A DNA stretch of 64,000 bases from Candidatus Bathyarchaeota archaeon. Its GTDB lineage: Archaea > Thermoproteota > Bathyarchaeia > Bathyarchaeales > Bathycorpusculaceae. Under the pieces are notes generated by a model. It was not told where the DNA came from, ran no database searches, and worked only from the letters and a program-made list of their open reading frames with translations. Where the stretch lies: NCBI GenBank assembly GCA_963832745.1, contig CAWHVC010000001.1, positions 192,001-256,000 on the forward strand, read 5' to 3'. Positions 29,313 through 37,760 of the stretch are shown piece after piece (position 1 is the first letter of the stretch; each line of letters opens with the position of its first letter). Both the position numbers and the translations under genes were made by a program.

Positions 29313-30854
29313 ATGGCGTCTAACATGCAAGCAAAAAGCCTTAAAGCTTCAATTTCCAGCCGAGAAATGAGGGCCACTGAAACAAACTCGGAGTACTACG
29401 GAATAAGCCTGCTTCAACTTATGGAAAACGCTGGAAGAAACATTGCCGAAGAAATCCAGAAACGTTTTTCAAATGACCTGAAGGTGGCACTCTTTTGCGG
29501 ACTTGGCGGAAATGGTGGAGATGGTTTTGTTGCTGCACGACACCTTTTGGCGCAAGGCTACCAAGTCACGATTGTTTTGGCGGGAAAAAGCCGAGAAATA
29601 AATCATCCATCGGCGCTTCAAAATTGGAATGCCCTTAAACCAGTCATTGATCGCATCTGTGTACTGGAGATTTCTGACAGCTCCATGATTCCTACGGTTG
29701 AATCGGATGTAGTTGTTGATGCCTTGTTAGGCACGGGAACTAAAGGGAAACTGAAAGCGCCAATACTACAGATGGTTGATTGCATCAATTCTTCTAAAGC
29801 GTTTAAAATCGCGGTTGATGTTCCAACTGGGATAGATTCTGATAACGGCGACGTTTTAGGTACCGCTGTAAAAGCTGATTTAACAGTCACTTTCTACAAG
29901 TCCAAGGCTGGCTTGGATAAAGCCAAAAAGTATGTCGGCGTTTTAGTAGTTCGAGATATTGGGTTGCCTATGGCGTTTGAACGGTTTGCGGGTCCAGGCG
30001 ACGTGAATTTAGCTGGAAAACAACGGTTTTCAACAGCGCATAAAGGCGATTTTGGGCGTTTGCTGGTTGTTGGTGGAAGCAAGGTTTTCTCGGGTGCACC
30101 CACGCTTGTTTCCATGGCTGCTTTGCGGACAGGCATTGATATTGCTTACACGGCTTCTCCGGAGAAAACGGCTTATGAAATCTCTTCAATGTCACCAGAT
30201 TTAATTGCGATTAAGCTTTCAGGAAGTAACCTTAGCCCTGACAATTTGGTTGAGTTGGCGCCTTATTTGGCGTCTGTTGATGCGGTTGCGATGGGTCCCG
30301 GGTTGGGTTTGAACGGTGAAACCACTGAATTCGTCAAAATGTTTGTTGATGAGGTTGAGAAGGCTGGTAAACCGCTGCTTTTGGATGCTGACGGCTTGAA
30401 GGCGTTTGCCAAATGTAAGCGTCCGTTAAAGGTCCCATTGGTGCTTACGCCTCACGCAGGCGAATACTCGATTCTTACAGCCGAAAAGCTTCCAGAAGAT
30501 CTTGAAGGCAAAATAGAAATAATTCAAAAAACCGCCAAAGAGTTAAACGCGGTCTTGCTTGTTAAAGGTAAAGTCGACATTATCTGCAGCCCACGCAAGG
30601 TCAAACTGAATTTTACGGGCAATGCTGGCATGACTGTCGGCGGAACAGGCGACGTGCTTTCAGGGATAGTGGGTGGATTGTTGGCGCAGAAGACGGACAT
30701 GTTTGAGGCTGCGGTTGCTGGCGCCTTTGTAAATGGCGCTTGTGGCGATTTTGTCGCTTCTGAAATCGGTTTTCACATGGTTGCTTCGGATATTTTAGAT
30801 TGGATTCCCCGAGTGTTTGTTGATCCTATGAGTCATTTGAAGGTGCGCGTGTAA
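29313..30854 (+). CDS. nnr: Bifunctional NAD(P)H-hydrate epimerase/dehydratase
   Basis: LMENAG, GNGGDG, DVPTG; HKGDFG, DADGL, TPHAGE, GGTGDVLSG. Confidence 0.95.
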   Translation: MASNMQAKSLKASISSREMRATETNSEYYGISLLQLMENAGRNIAEEIQKRFSNDLKVALFCGLGGNGGDGFVAARHLLAQGYQVTIVLAGKSREINHPSALQNWNALKPVIDRICVLEISDSSMIPTVESDVVVDALLGTGTKGKLKAPILQMVDCINSSKAFKIAVDVPTGIDSDNGDVLGTAVKADLTVTFYKSKAGLDKAKKYVGVLVVRDIGLPMAFERFAGPGDVNLAGKQRFSTAHKGDFGRLLVVGGSKVFSGAPTLVSMAALRTGIDIAYTASPEKTAYEISSMSPDLIAIKLSGSNLSPDNLVELAPYLASVDAVAMGPGLGLNGETTEFVKMFVDEVEKAGKPLLLDADGLKAFAKCKRPLKVPLVLTPHAGEYSILTAEKLPEDLEGKIEIIQKTAKELNAVLLVKGKVDIICSPRKVKLNFTGNAGMTVGGTGDVLSGIVGGLLAQKTDMFEAAVAGAFVNGACGDFVASEIGFHMVASDILDWIPRVFVDPMSHLKVRV

Positions 30855-31436
30855 GTGGAAACTGACGGTGAAGCCCCAAGCCAAAATTTTCCTGTTCGAA
30901 TCACCATTTACCATGCTGCACAGGACGATCCCAAAAAGAACACCGCCCTCCGACTGGGCCGCAGGGGATTCGCACGTATCGTAACAAAAATCAAGTTCCT
31001 GCCAAAACGAGCCATTGTACTTAACCCTTTCAGCGAAATCGCCCTCTCGCCAGCAGACAGGGAACGGGTTGAGCAGTTCGGCGTCGTTGCATTGGACTGC
31101 AGCTGGGAGCACGCTCAGAAAGTCATGGGCGAACACGTACGTGGAACAAGCCGCACGCTACCGATTCTAATTGCAGGTAACCCTGTCAACTATGGAAAAC
31201 TGACAAAACTATCCACGGCTGAAGCTATCGCGGCAACACTCTACATAACAGGCTTCATAGATGAAGCAAAAGCTATGCTTGACATTTTCACGTGGGGCCA
31301 TACATTCCTTGAATTAAACCAGAATTTGCTTGATAACTACGTGACCGCAAAGGATAGCACCGAGATCGTGGAGATGCAGAAGCGGCTGCTAAAACCCGAA
31401 AAACGTGAACCATCTAAAGGCATCGAATGGGGCTAA
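30855..31436 (+). CDS. tsr3: 16S rRNA aminocarboxypropyltransferase Tsr3
   Basis: DDPKK, LDCSW, AGNPVNYGK, LSTAEA, FTWGHTF. Confidence 0.93.
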   Translation: METDGEAPSQNFPVRITIYHAAQDDPKKNTALRLGRRGFARIVTKIKFLPKRAIVLNPFSEIALSPADRERVEQFGVVALDCSWEHAQKVMGEHVRGTSRTLPILIAGNPVNYGKLTKLSTAEAIAATLYITGFIDEAKAMLDIFTWGHTFLELNQNLLDNYVTAKDSTEIVEMQKRLLKPEKREPSKGIEWG

Positions 31437-32076
31437 GCATGACGTGGCGTTCATCACGGATTTTCCATTATTCCTATCGTCCGTACTTCTGATTTCACTC
31501 TCGGGAGTTCTAATGCCTGGACCATTGTTTGCCGTTACGCTTAAACGAGCGGAGAAAAGCAAGTATTCTGGACTGCTTATCGCGCTTGGTCACGGCTTAA
31601 TTGAGTTCCCATTGATGTTTCTGATTTACTTTGTGTTTAGCATGTATGAGCTCCCCAGCTTTGTTCAAGTGGTTGTTGGCTTATGCGGCGGCGCCATGAT
31701 GGTTTTCATGGGTTTACAGATGTATCGAAGCCGAAGCAGACACGAATTTGCAATGGTTAGCCCCATGAGAGATACGATTGTAGCGGGCGCTTACACTACG
31801 GCAATTAACGCGGGGTTCATCTTGTGGTGGTTAACAATAGGAACAGCTTTAGTGCTTAATGCACAAATCTTTGGATTTTTAGGCTTCACAATTTTTGCGG
31901 GCGTTCACTGGTTCACCGACTTAGCGTGGTACACAATCGCTGCCTTTGCTATTTTCAAGTCTCAACGCTTCTGGAATGATAAAGTACGATTAGCTATCAC
32001 ACTCTTCTGTGTCGCAGTCTTCGTCGGGTTTGGTTTGTACTTTATGGCTTCAGCCTTTTGGATGTCAATGGTTTAG
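31405..32076 (+). CDS. LysE family transporter
   Basis: SGVLMPGP, GHGLIE, N..FILWWLTIG, HW..D. Confidence 0.88.
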   Translation: MNHLKASNGAKHDVAFITDFPLFLSSVLLISLSGVLMPGPLFAVTLKRAEKSKYSGLLIALGHGLIEFPLMFLIYFVFSMYELPSFVQVVVGLCGGAMMVFMGLQMYRSRSRHEFAMVSPMRDTIVAGAYTTAINAGFILWWLTIGTALVLNAQIFGFLGFTIFAGVHWFTDLAWYTIAAFAIFKSQRFWNDKVRLAITLFCVAVFVGFGLYFMASAFWMSMV

Positions 32077-33067
32077 GCACCGCGGGGACAAGTGGGTACG
32101 TTTGACTTGCAGGTTCTTGTTTGCCATCGCTATTTGCAACCTGATTGACTGTAACTGGTTCACTAAGGGGAATTAGTACAAAATGGAGATCAAAGAAATA
32201 TTCTCGTAACGTTTTTTCAATTTCCAGCTTGAGAGCAGTTATCTCCTTTAGTGAAAGCTCTTCTCTCAAGTAAAGTTCAACTTCAATAATTCGGGTTTTA
32301 CCGCTGAACCGTGTGTAGATGTTTCCAATGTTTTCATAGTTCTCATAATACTTGGATAGGGCAGTTATTATTTTTAGTTGGTCAGCTTCAGGCAATGAAT
32401 AATCGATTAGGATTTTAAAGTTTCCAATAGTGAGTGATGCACCACAAAAAAGCATGTAGGCACCAAGGATCGTTGAAATGGCTGGGTCGAGTATAAGGGC
32501 AATCTGTGACTGGCCCAAGCTTGCAAGGACAAAAGCTGTGCTAAGGCTTACCAATATGCTTACGTTGATGATGGCGGTTACTTTGAAGTTCACATAGTAC
32601 GATTTAACCATCGGGGATTCGCTTATCTTGTTTAGTCGTCGGGATTTTTCGAAGAGATAGAGACTGCGCAATAGGTTGGGAATTAAAGGTATTTGAGCAA
32701 TCCCAATAGCGATTTCGGGTGGAAAAATAAACCTTGTAAGTGAAGAATAAATGATGAAAAGCGCTACGGGTATAGCGAGTGCCCCGTAAACGATGGCGGA
32801 GAAATTTTCCAGTTTACCGGTTCCATAAGAAAATTTGAAAGTGTTTGATTTGATTATGGTACGGATTGATTTATAGGCAAATAATTGAACAATGAGAGAT
32901 AAGCCGTAGTCGAAGGTAACTGCGAGGATAGTCATGGAGTTTGATAGAAGCCCAATTGCTAAGTATAGAATCATAAGGGGAATCATTGAGTACAAGGTTT
33001 GATCAACGAGTTTTTTTAACTCGTGAAGTGACTCAGCATTCTTGACCTTTGACAGTTTACGATTCAC
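32042..33067 (-). CDS. Cation diffusion facilitator family transporter (divergent)
   Basis: FSYGTGKLE motif, about 6 TM helices, LDP, C-terminal TRFSG dimerisation domain. Confidence 0.8.
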   Translation of the reverse strand: MNRKLSKVKNAESLHELKKLVDQTLYSMIPLMILYLAIGLLSNSMTILAVTFDYGLSLIVQLFAYKSIRTIIKSNTFKFSYGTGKLENFSAIVYGALAIPVALFIIYSSLTRFIFPPEIAIGIAQIPLIPNLLRSLYLFEKSRRLNKISESPMVKSYYVNFKVTAIINVSILVSLSTAFVLASLGQSQIALILDPAISTILGAYMLFCGASLTIGNFKILIDYSLPEADQLKIITALSKYYENYENIGNIYTRFSGKTRIIEVELYLREELSLKEITALKLEIEKTLREYFFDLHFVLIPLSEPVTVNQVANSDGKQEPASQTYPLVPAVPKPLTSKRLKP

Positions 33068-33243
33068 CTTGGCTCATTCAACTATGCCCTTCTAGCCCAA
33101 GCAAGCATTGGTTCTAAAATAGAAAATTAGTAAAAACGCTTGCGCTGATCCCATACTAATTTGAAATTCATGTAAAAGAGCTTGCGAATGTTTGAGAAGA
33201 CATGATAGCTGCAAATAAATAGATCAGCCGCTGTAGTGCATAT

Positions 33244-33792
33244 ATGGAATTCAAAGCAGGAAAAGCAACAATCGAACTAATCAAAGGCGACATAACCGAC
33301 GTGCAAGCAGACGCCATCGTAAACGCCGCCAACGAGACACTTCTCGGTGGAGGTGGAGTGGACGGAGCCATCCATAGCAAAGGTGGAACAAAAATTTTAG
33401 AAGAATGCAAAAAAATACGGGCAACAACTTGGCCTGATGGGTTACCAATAGGGTACGCTGTGATTACTTCGGGCGGCAGCTTGAAGGCTAAGCATGTGAT
33501 TCATACAGTTGGGCCAGTGTGGCGTGGAGGTTTGCAGGGAGAAGCTGATCTGTTGAAGCAAGCGTATAGGAATTCGCTTAAGCTTGCTGTTGCCAATGGT
33601 CTTAAAACGGTTGCTTTTCCATCAATTAGCACAGGCGCGTACGGTTATCCTGTGGATGAAGCTAGCCGTGTAGCAGTTAAAACAATCAAGAATTTCCTTG
33701 AAAAAGAGGACAAACTTGACAGAGTAGTCATGGTATTGTTTTCTAAGCAAGCGTATGATGTTTACTTGTTCGCCGCAAAACAGATTTTTTAA
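33244..33792 (+). CDS. Macro domain O-acetyl-ADP-ribose deacetylase (YmdB-like)
   Basis: GDIT, VNAAN, GGGGVDGAI, HTVGP, ISTGAYG. Confidence 0.95.
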   Translation: MEFKAGKATIELIKGDITDVQADAIVNAANETLLGGGGVDGAIHSKGGTKILEECKKIRATTWPDGLPIGYAVITSGGSLKAKHVIHTVGPVWRGGLQGEADLLKQAYRNSLKLAVANGLKTVAFPSISTGAYGYPVDEASRVAVKTIKNFLEKEDKLDRVVMVLFSKQAYDVYLFAAKQIF

Positions 33793-33938
33793 ACAAATTT
33801 TTAAGCAATCATCCATGTGATGTATTAAAAAGCAAGCATAAAAACGCTGTTTTAGGCTTATTTTAAAAAATTTTTGTTCAGGTATCGAAAATGTTTTAAA
33901 CGAAAACGTACGATAACCATCCATTAGAGGAATCATCA

Positions 33939-34103
33939 ATGGCAAAATGCCCAGTTTGCGGAAAAGAAGTCAAAAACGCTAAGAAAACCTGGAAGATGGC
34001 AGGAAAACCAGACAAAAAAGGAAAGCGCACCCAGCTAACCATCGGTCTGTATGAATGCTGCGATAAAACTTTCAGGGAAGTTTTAGACAAGAAAAAAATC
34101 TAA
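33939..34103 (+). CDS. Cren7-like small basic chromatin protein with Cys pairs
   Basis: Not in ORF track: MAKCPVCGKEVKNAKKTWKMAGKPDKKGKRTQLTIGLYECCDKTFREVLDKKKI; GAGG upstream, T-rich terminator downstream. Confidence 0.75.
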   Translation: MAKCPVCGKEVKNAKKTWKMAGKPDKKGKRTQLTIGLYECCDKTFREVLDKKKI

Positions 34104-34220
34104 AACATTCCTTTAACCCTTTTTTTCCTTTTTTAAAAAACAAATTCTTTTTGCAACCCTTTTCTTCTTTACTTTAACACTGATTTTTAATATACTAATT
34201 GCGCTAAAATAGCCGATACT

Positions 34221-34278
34221 GACCTACCCCCTAAAGGTTTCTGCATACCATTTCTACTAGGATCCAAATAGATTGGTA
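34221..34278 (+). repeat. 58-bp dispersed repeat R2, copy A
   Basis: 50/58 ungapped identity to the reverse complement of 52597-52654. Confidence 0.9.
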
Positions 34279-34733
34279 TCGAGGTAGACTCCCCTGAGCT
34301 ATTCGTTTGCTGGCGTCTTCCAATATTTATACCCAGCATTAAATAAAAGAAAAAAGGCAAAGGCAAAATTTAAAAACTGAATCTGAAAAACAAAACATAC
34401 CTGTCAGCTCATAGATTTCAACAAACTGCAGAGATTTTTTACCGTGTTAATAGTTTTTGAATGCTGTGACTGTGAAGTTTAGTGGTATTCTTACCTTCCC
34501 CACTGGCATGATTCCGATGATAGTTTTTTGATAGAATGCAAAGTTGAAATTCAGATGCAAAGAAGGGTATATAGTAGCTTTTTCCGTACCCCTAAACTGT
34601 GCCGGTAATATATTCTGCAGCCACATTTGCCCAAAGATGATTGTCAAGATAAACGATTGTCACATCATTAGAATTGTAATGAGGAGTAAACCCAATTTTT
34701 TGGGAGAACCCTTAATGAAATGATTATTTCGGC

Positions 34734-34994
34734 TTAAGGGGTTAAATGTGTTTTCGTCAAACTTTCTTGACTAAGTCTTTTTGCAACATCATGTTTAACA
34801 TGTTTGCGCCATAGCCAAACAGTAATGGAAACTACAGATGAACCCGCCATTAGCAGACAGAAGGGTATTGACCCGAAACCGAACAGGGCGGTGCCGCACA
34901 ACGCGGCTACAGCTATGTCATCAAGGGGGCTAATTATGATTATCGCAAGTATCGTAGCTAGTAATGTGCCATATTTTTTCTTGTTTTTAATCAA
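34734..34994 (-). CDS. Small membrane protein
   Basis: Hydrophobic segments around SPLDD. Confidence 0.55.
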   Translation of the reverse strand: MIKNKKKYGTLLATILAIIIISPLDDIAVAALCGTALFGFGSIPFCLLMAGSSVVSITVWLWRKHVKHDVAKRLSQESLTKTHLTP

Positions 34995-35012
34995 CAGAAT
35001 CCCAGCAGTTCC

Positions 35013-35258
35013 TTACGTTTTTTGAAACCCTAACAAATGGATAAAGGATAGGCATCCTTTGCAGTAAAGCACCACTTCGTTAAGGTTATTGTCGGTCATT
35101 AGTGTCTCGTAAATTACATAATTGTCTTCGGAATGGTCGTCAGGTGATATCGTTAAGCCGCAGTTTGGGCAGAAAAAAGCGCCGTTGCCGTCAGTTTGGG
35201 ATATGTCAAGTTTGTATGCTTTGACTTGTTTAGTTTTTTGCTTCATCTTATCCCTCAA
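35013..35258 (-). CDS. Small zinc-ribbon protein
   Basis: CPNCG..ISPDD and CKGC pairs. Confidence 0.7.
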   Translation of the reverse strand: MRDKMKQKTKQVKAYKLDISQTDGNGAFFCPNCGLTISPDDHSEDNYVIYETLMTDNNLNEVVLYCKGCLSFIHLLGFQKT

Positions 35259-35376
35259 TTTAAAGAGAGGCGCTAAAAAAGTTATTAAATAATTTTCAGA
35301 ATATTACCCAAATTAACCCCAAAAAGAAATACAGCCAAAAAAGGTTCACAGGTAACAAGTTTGCTGATAAGAAAAG

Positions 35377-35865
35377 TCAGGCTACTTGCTTGATTGCCCC
35401 GGCTTTTTGCAACATAATCCGCATAGTTACGCCAGCTACAACAAAAAAGACACCTACAATGATTAGAGCAAGACCGACAATACTTGGTATGCTGGGATAT
35501 GTTAAGGAATATTCTATTGTTTGTCCGTTTGTTGAGCTTAAATTGTTTATGATGACTGCGTATGAGCCAAAGGTTTGGGCGTTAAAGGAGAATTCTACAT
35601 TACTGTAAACTGTTCCACCATTGTAAATGACTTCATTTTGTGGATTTTCTACGTAAACGTTAATGCCTTCGTTTCCGTTAAGAACTGTTACTGCACCTTG
35701 AACTTTATCGCCTGCGCTCAACTCAAGTGGAACGGATAATCCGTCAGAAATGGGCAAGGTTACAGTGTGAGTTTGAGTGGTTGAAACCGTGTATGCAGCA
35801 ATCCCTGAAACCAAAATAGCGAGTCCGATGATTGTCAAGATTAAGCCTAATGTTCTTTTTTGCAT
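35377..35865 (-). CDS. Membrane protein with extracellular beta-sandwich (GOLD-like) domain
   Basis: N- and C-terminal TM helices flanking a beta-rich domain (FSFNA..FGSY). Confidence 0.65.
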   Translation of the reverse strand: MQKRTLGLILTIIGLAILVSGIAAYTVSTTQTHTVTLPISDGLSVPLELSAGDKVQGAVTVLNGNEGINVYVENPQNEVIYNGGTVYSNVEFSFNAQTFGSYAVIINNLSSTNGQTIEYSLTYPSIPSIVGLALIIVGVFFVVAGVTMRIMLQKAGAIKQVA

Positions 35866-35982
35866 GATTATCGCTTCGTTTTTGTTTATAAGAGCATTCT
35901 TTTAAGCATTTTGTTACATAAAGGCAACCTTAAATCGAAAACAAAGCTCTTAAAGAATAAACTGCTATCTATCTTGACTGCC

Positions 35983-36330
35983 ATGTCAACCTCAAGTTGC
36001 CCAAAATGCGGAAAACAAGTGCCTGTAGACGCCACATTTTGTCCTCACTGCGGCTTGTTTTTTGCTCAACTTCAACCATTAGCTCAACCCTCGATGGCTA
36101 GGCAGAGAGTTAATACGCATACTTATGGGTGGATAATTATGGCTTTCCTTGTGTCGTTCTTGTGGTTTAAAATAAATAATGTGCTCCTGTTTCCGCTTGG
36201 TTTTATAGGTGGCTTAATTATCATGGGTTTCTCAGGGCATATTGACAAACAAGTTGGTAAGCCTTCCATGGTTATCCTTGGAGTTGCTTTATCGTTTGTG
36301 GGTATGATTATAGGTGCAATCATAAGGTAA
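35983..36330 (+). CDS. Zinc-ribbon membrane protein
   Basis: CPKCG...FCPHCG then 3 TM helices; start moved to ATG 35983. Confidence 0.75.
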   Translation: MSTSSCPKCGKQVPVDATFCPHCGLFFAQLQPLAQPSMARQRVNTHTYGWIIMAFLVSFLWFKINNVLLFPLGFIGGLIIMGFSGHIDKQVGKPSMVILGVALSFVGMIIGAIIR

Positions 36331-36434
36331 ATTGGCCCAAAAAAGAGTTTTTCAATCAAGCAAGCACTTGAACGCATGCAAAACTATTTTAGTTGATAAC
36401 AGAAAATAGTTAAGAATTAAGGAGTAAGGAGAAA

Positions 36435-36914
36435 TTGCAACTAAATTTGAACGGTTTCCTAGATGGATTGTCTAAAGAAAAGTATCTTGTTTATTTTCTG
36501 TTAGCTTGGGCAGGAGTGCTTTTCTTTTGGGGAATATCTGGTGTGTACTTTAATGTAACGGACCTAAGAAACGCTTATGACGGGATTATGATCCTCACTG
36601 ATTTGCTTGAAATAGGTGCAGGCGCAGTGCTAGCTGTAATCGCCGCCAAACTGTTAATGCCCAGTTTTATGCCAACCATGAAAAGAGAACCATTAGTAAT
36701 CTATTTCCTACTGTTATGGGCTGGCTCATTCTTCTTTAATGGAATAGCCAACATTGCATGGTTTGCACAGTACGGTGTTGACATAGATATCCTGGGTGCT
36801 TTATGCGCATTAGCTGCGGGTGCAGTATTGGCGCTGTTTGCATGGAAACTGCTACAATCACCTTCAGACAATTTAGCAGAAAAACTACGGCAACCAATAA
36901 GCCCAACAGTCTAA
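36435..36914 (+). CDS. Hypothetical membrane protein with internal duplication
   Basis: Repeated YFLL.WAG..FF.GI and AGAVLA motifs. Confidence 0.7.
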   Translation: MQLNLNGFLDGLSKEKYLVYFLLAWAGVLFFWGISGVYFNVTDLRNAYDGIMILTDLLEIGAGAVLAVIAAKLLMPSFMPTMKREPLVIYFLLLWAGSFFFNGIANIAWFAQYGVDIDILGALCALAAGAVLALFAWKLLQSPSDNLAEKLRQPISPTV

Positions 36915-36961
36915 ACTCTTCTTTTTCTTTTCATTTTTTTTATCTTAAAATTTTTCTGAAT

Positions 36962-37348
36962 TCAAGGGTTTTCTGACAAAGCCTCTAAAGTGTTCCATAA
37001 CCGTTTGATAGCCTTCATGCCTTCTTTACGTGGAATCCCACCGTAAGCACGTGTAGATTCACTGAATTCCGTTTCAGGTAAATACGCTCGAGCGTCAGGA
37101 TAAAAACTTGGAGGAATATATGTTACCCAACCTTCCGTTTTTGCCAAAACCCCCTCTTCGGTGGGTACAAGAGTTACTTCAAAAAATTTTGAAGCCGAAA
37201 GAATGCCTCTACCCCAGCGGCCATAAACATAGTCAGAGGTGTTTATCAGGATTTTAACTTTGTTTTCGTGGAACCATTTCAGCAATACAGATTTAGCCTG
37301 CCCCACCGTGATGCCTTTGACGAGAATGTCTTTTGTTGTTCGACTCAT
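36962..37348 (-). CDS. Hypothetical protein
   Basis: 128-aa ORF with plausible composition. Confidence 0.55.
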   Translation of the reverse strand: MSRTTKDILVKGITVGQAKSVLLKWFHENKVKILINTSDYVYGRWGRGILSASKFFEVTLVPTEEGVLAKTEGWVTYIPPSFYPDARAYLPETEFSESTRAYGGIPRKEGMKAIKRLWNTLEALSENP

Positions 37349-37425
37349 AAAGGTAACCGCTCACGCGTTTCACTATTTAACCCAGATGATTAAAAGCTTC
37401 GTTGATGAACTTGTTAGCGGTTTTT

Positions 37426-37620
37426 CTATTCTTCTTTGGGTTTTTGTGCTTGTGGATAAGTTACGGGGTCATTCACTGATGAGTAAACGTTAAAGAAACT
37501 TCTTTTGCCACATGCTGGACATTGAATATATTTAAGTGGACCAAGATGCACAAACGAATCAAGCGGCATATACGTGTACTCAAAAACGGCGCCACACTTT
37601 TTACATTTGAGCCGAGCCAT
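37426..37620 (-). CDS. Small zinc-ribbon protein
   Basis: CKKCG..F and H.G..Y..CPACG. Confidence 0.7.
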   Translation of the reverse strand: MARLKCKKCGAVFEYTYMPLDSFVHLGPLKYIQCPACGKRSFFNVYSSVNDPVTYPQAQKPKEE

Positions 37621-37760
37621 ACAATCAAAGTCCCATGCTTTTCATTTGAAGGTTCTCCGTAAAATTTTAACATTTTCCCAAATTCTCAAAATGGTTTGGC
37701 ACTGCTAAAAAATACGCGCTGTTTTAGATAAAAAAAATAAAAGAGGAGTGTTTTACGTGT

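Noticed and set aside
34221-34278. R2 repeat as a conserved micro-ORF on the opposite strand (LDP...MQKP..GR)
   Set aside because: Differences between copies are mostly non-synonymous and stop positions differ
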